Shown here: positions 61,801-64,000 of the stretch, piece after piece
Layout: each line of letters starts with the position of its first letter
Numbering within the stretch: position 1 is the stretch's first letter
Source: Chthonomonadaceae bacterium
Lineage (GTDB): Bacteria; Armatimonadota; Chthonomonadetes; Chthonomonadales; Chthonomonadaceae
Reading direction: 5' to 3'
Length of the DNA stretch: 64,000 nucleotides
Assembly: GCA_025352825.1 (NCBI GenBank)
Contig: JANXSG010000017.1
Coordinates: forward strand, 755-64,754
Position numbers and translations under genes: made by a program
The notes under the pieces: model-generated
Databases searched by the model: none
What the model saw: the letters and a program-made list of their open reading frames with translations, nothing else
What the model was told of the DNA's origin: nothing

Positions 61801-62073
61801 GAAACTCTTTTTCACTGGCAGTCTCAAAGCACAACTTCTGAAACGTCAGAAACCGGATTGAGATATGTGAATCATATTAGCATGGGATATACTCCGCTCT
61901 TATTCGTCCGTGAAGATAAATCAAAAGATAACATTTCTTGTCCATATAGTTTTCTTGGTGACCTAGAATATGTGAGCCACTCTGGCAGCAGTCCCATGAG
62001 TGTGGTGTGGAGATTAAAGAATCCAATTCCTGCACGAATCCTCTCATTTGCAAAACGTATGTTGGCCGCATAA
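58885..62073 (+). CDS. PLD nuclease-SF2 helicase-DUF3427 protein (SauUSI-like type IV restriction architecture)
   Basis: LHAKAY..GSANLS...EWN; ATGTGKT; DEFHH; TATPER; QQFGRGLR; YEDY...FHWQSQ. Confidence 0.88.
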   Translation: MSHSPQNKDVSLSPGLYESLVDGTLKKRISQLPNAFETICKELDPANSHIVLSRHVADILSQELSEQSGESKVQAQTEICNLMIEFLQDKSKGISKSFFEVELPAEQLLAVVSTENDSAISTRSKKHVLRPETPLSTSCLLTGTRIDPSLASQIRKEIDTSDEIDILCSFIKWSGIRVLEEELRTFTSRKNVRLRVITTSYMGATDPKAIEFLQNLPNTEIRISYDTKRTRLHAKAYLFHRHSGFGAAYVGSANLSHFAITDGLEWNVKISQTETLHLWQKAVGTFETYWNDPEFISYSSSDFDRFSAAIKTEKNLGSDSPATFQFDITPYGYQQEILDKLETEREVHNYWRNLVVAATGTGKTVIAALDYRRECERRSKQKKVTRPRLLFIAHREEILKQSLACFRAVLKDQNFGDLFVGINVPSQLDFLFVSIQTWNSRNLTNQFEEDYFDYVVVDEFHHAEAPSYDMLLKYLQPRILLGLTATPERADGMDILHHFGGRICAEIRLPDAINRKLLSPFQYFGISDSVDLSALKWQRGGYIPAELEERYTGNDSRADLIVRSVMEKLTDYRKSRGLGFCISVKHAEYMAGYFSKCGIPAIALTGASSHEIRNAVQKKLISREINYIFTVDLYNEGVDIPELDTILFLRPTESLTIFLQQFGRGLRLHSEKECLTVLDFIGQAHQNFNFEMRFRALMDVPRHRIDEEIEQGCLHLPLGCIIRLERIAQQHILNNIRSAISINKNSLLRSIKSFELDSGQELSLSSYLDYHHMDLDQIYKRSSWAQMCAEAGVRGSFTEPDTAVLSKGLRRISHINSLPQINALLHMLEMSDIEILDYLISNKDAQKRMNIAVCSLFSDMEITEALEGYLRLSNNPVLRDELNTFLEMRRANVEFNSKRVSLPFSCALDLHGSYTLDEILVAFGYDSEKKRRSIRQGVVHLPDLKADAFFVTLNKSEDAYSPTTMYEDYALSETLFHWQSQSTTSETSETGLRYVNHISMGYTPLLFVREDKSKDNISCPYSFLGDLEYVSHSGSSPMSVVWRLKNPIPARILSFAKRMLAA

Positions 62074-62256
62074 ATATACTAAACTAAATTATCGTCCACG
62101 GATTATCACTGAGAATCTCAAGCGTAAATTATTTCATTTTCAAGATCGAAGGTACGTCGTAACATTACTTAGGGTATAATTTTAAGCCCTGCAGAGCTAA
62201 ACTACTTCTTATTGTCGGGGGAATAACTATTCCGTTTCATGAAAGGTGGCTGTTTC

Positions 62257-63765
62257 GTGGCGAATTATACTCCCGATCTTGAGAACTTCAAAGAGATGTC
62301 CGGGCGAGGCAACCTTATTCCTGTCTTTCGCGAGATTCTGGCAGATCGCCTCACGCCAGTCTCTGCATATGAAAAACTCACTGCTGCCGATGGCGACGAA
62401 CAGAACTCATTTCTTCTCGAAAGTGTAGAGGGCGGCGAACGCATAGCTCGTTATTCCTTCCTTGGCAGCAGGCCATCACTTATTTTTCGCAGTAAAGGGA
62501 ATGTGGCCACCATTACAGAAGGTGGAGCCTCTCGAACCGTCGAGATCGGACTGGATGAGGATCCTCTGACTCTTCTCAAAGAACTGCTGGGCAGATATCA
62601 GTATGTAGAGACACCGGTGCTTCCGAGATTCTGTGGAGGTGCCGTTGGATTTTTTGGCTACGATGTCGTCCGATTCTTTGAGAAACTTCCCGACAAAAAT
62701 CCCGACGATCTTGATGTAGACGATGCCTGTTTCCTCTTTACCGATACGATTGTCCTTTTCGATCATGTACGACATCGAATGCGCATAGTGTGCAATGCAC
62801 ATGTTGAGAATAACGATCCAAAATCAGCCTATGAAAAAGCTCTTCAGAAAATCGAAAGTATTATTAGTCGGCTAAAGTCATCATTCACTCCAGAAACGAC
62901 ATCAAAGGTACCTTCGAATTCTTGTGGCGTACAAGTAGAATCCCTCTTTCCGCGTGCAGCATATGAGGCTGGAGTTGAGAAGTGCAGAGAGTATATTCTG
63001 GCTGGAGACGCGTTTCAGATCGTGTTGGCACAGCGATTTAAAGTCGATTTCAATGCACCTCCATTTGATATATATCGCGCTCTCCGTTCCGTAAACCCAT
63101 CACCGTACATGTACTACCTAAATCTTGGCCGCCGAAAAATCATCGGTACTTCGCCGGAGATATTAGTGAGTTATGAGCAGGGAACCGTTCGGCTTCGGCC
63201 TATTGCAGGGACTCGTCCACGATCCGCAGACCCGGAGGAGGATATTCGCCTGGAGAAAGAGCTCCTGGCAGATGAGAAAGAACGTGCGGAGCATATTATG
63301 CTGGTAGATCTAAGCCGAAACGATCTTGGTCGGGTTTGTGAATATGGCAGCGTCAAAGTTAACGAACTCATGATCATCGAGCGATATTCTCATGTGATGC
63401 ATATTGTCTCTGACGTGACCGGCACGCTGCGGTCGGACAGAGATATATTCGATGTGCTAAGAGCGTGTTTCCCTCACGGTACCGTTTCTGGCGCACCGAA
63501 GGTACGTGCAATGGAGATTATTGATGAGCAGGAGCCCACTCGACGAGGCTTTTATGCAGGATGCCTGGGATATTTCAGCTACTCCGGCGATATGGATATG
63601 GCAATCACTATCCGTACGATGCTTGTGGATGGCCAGACGGCTTACCTGCAATCTGGTGGTGGGCTTGTGGCAGACTCTGTTCCCGCGAACGAATATCAGG
63701 AGTGTATTAATAAAGCAAAAGCGCTGGTGATCGCTATAGAACTCGCAGAGGAAGGGTTGGATTAG
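62257..63765 (+). CDS. trpE: anthranilate synthase component I
   Basis: FLLESVEGG, NPSPYMY, TSPE, PIAGT, AEHIMLVDL, GAPK, IRT; GTG 62257 or ATG 62239 start. Confidence 0.96.
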   Translation: MANYTPDLENFKEMSGRGNLIPVFREILADRLTPVSAYEKLTAADGDEQNSFLLESVEGGERIARYSFLGSRPSLIFRSKGNVATITEGGASRTVEIGLDEDPLTLLKELLGRYQYVETPVLPRFCGGAVGFFGYDVVRFFEKLPDKNPDDLDVDDACFLFTDTIVLFDHVRHRMRIVCNAHVENNDPKSAYEKALQKIESIISRLKSSFTPETTSKVPSNSCGVQVESLFPRAAYEAGVEKCREYILAGDAFQIVLAQRFKVDFNAPPFDIYRALRSVNPSPYMYYLNLGRRKIIGTSPEILVSYEQGTVRLRPIAGTRPRSADPEEDIRLEKELLADEKERAEHIMLVDLSRNDLGRVCEYGSVKVNELMIIERYSHVMHIVSDVTGTLRSDRDIFDVLRACFPHGTVSGAPKVRAMEIIDEQEPTRRGFYAGCLGYFSYSGDMDMAITIRTMLVDGQTAYLQSGGGLVADSVPANEYQECINKAKALVIAIELAEEGLD

Positions 63766-63791
63766 AAATAGCAGTTATTACATTTTACTTC

Positions 63792-64000
63792 TCACTTGTC
63801 GGTCATCACAGAGTGGGAGATGGCCGGCCGTACTGCTGGCAGAGTGATAAAAAATTGTGTTCCTTCACCGGGAACGCTTTCGATTTTCATAGTTCCCTGC
63901 AGCAGCTCAATATATCTCATGACCAGGGGAAGCCCAACCTCCCATCCTTCATATCCGCGAGCAGGAACGTTTTCCAGAAGCGGATAAGGCATCATCATAT
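63792..64000 (-). CDS. C-terminal end of a histidine-kinase-like ATPase domain (partial)
   Basis: G..VGL.LV...IEL..G.M.IES.PGEGT.F.ITLP; runs off the window. Confidence 0.75.
   Translation of the reverse strand, partial: MMMPYPLLENVPARGYEGWEVGLPLVMRYIELLQGTMKIESVPGEGTQFFITLPAVRPAISHSVMTDK

Noticed and set aside
62074..62256. trp attenuator or T-box before trpE
   Set aside because: No Trp-rich leader peptide, T-box sequence or terminator hairpin seen

Overview
64 kb of bacterial chromosome, mostly housekeeping genes. Inferred lineage: a diderm Terrabacteria member, probably Armatimonadota-like. This rests on outer-membrane genes (TolC, YjbH-like) occurring with SLH, SteA/SteB, FhaA-PP2C-kinase and murA-mreB, and has not been checked by a search. 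Contents in order: tRNA(CAT, probably Ile2), rmuC, PilZ protein, a MogA-LarC2 fusion, aminotransferase, a hopanoid cluster (shc, pseudogene, hpnH, hpnA, ispH, hpnG), TolC plus adaptor with only a stub of a permease, trpDCF, birA, murA-mreB-SLH, uppP, FAD oxidoreductase, acnA, M50 protease, aroA, nadA, folB, steA/steB-glycosyltransferases, Ser/Thr signalling operon, lgt-lspA, MCP, PHP phosphatase, a SauUSI-like PLD-helicase-DUF3427 nuclease and trpE. Best leads: (1) a compact single-aptamer NAD-I-like riboswitch candidate before nadA, with a readable SD-sequestering switch; (2) the MogA-LarC C-terminal domain fusion; (3) nested palindromic repeats and TA-flanked miniature elements whose ends overlap two stop codons and an SD, and one of which lies inside the TolC reading frame. 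No transposase, integrase, CRISPR array or rRNA was seen.
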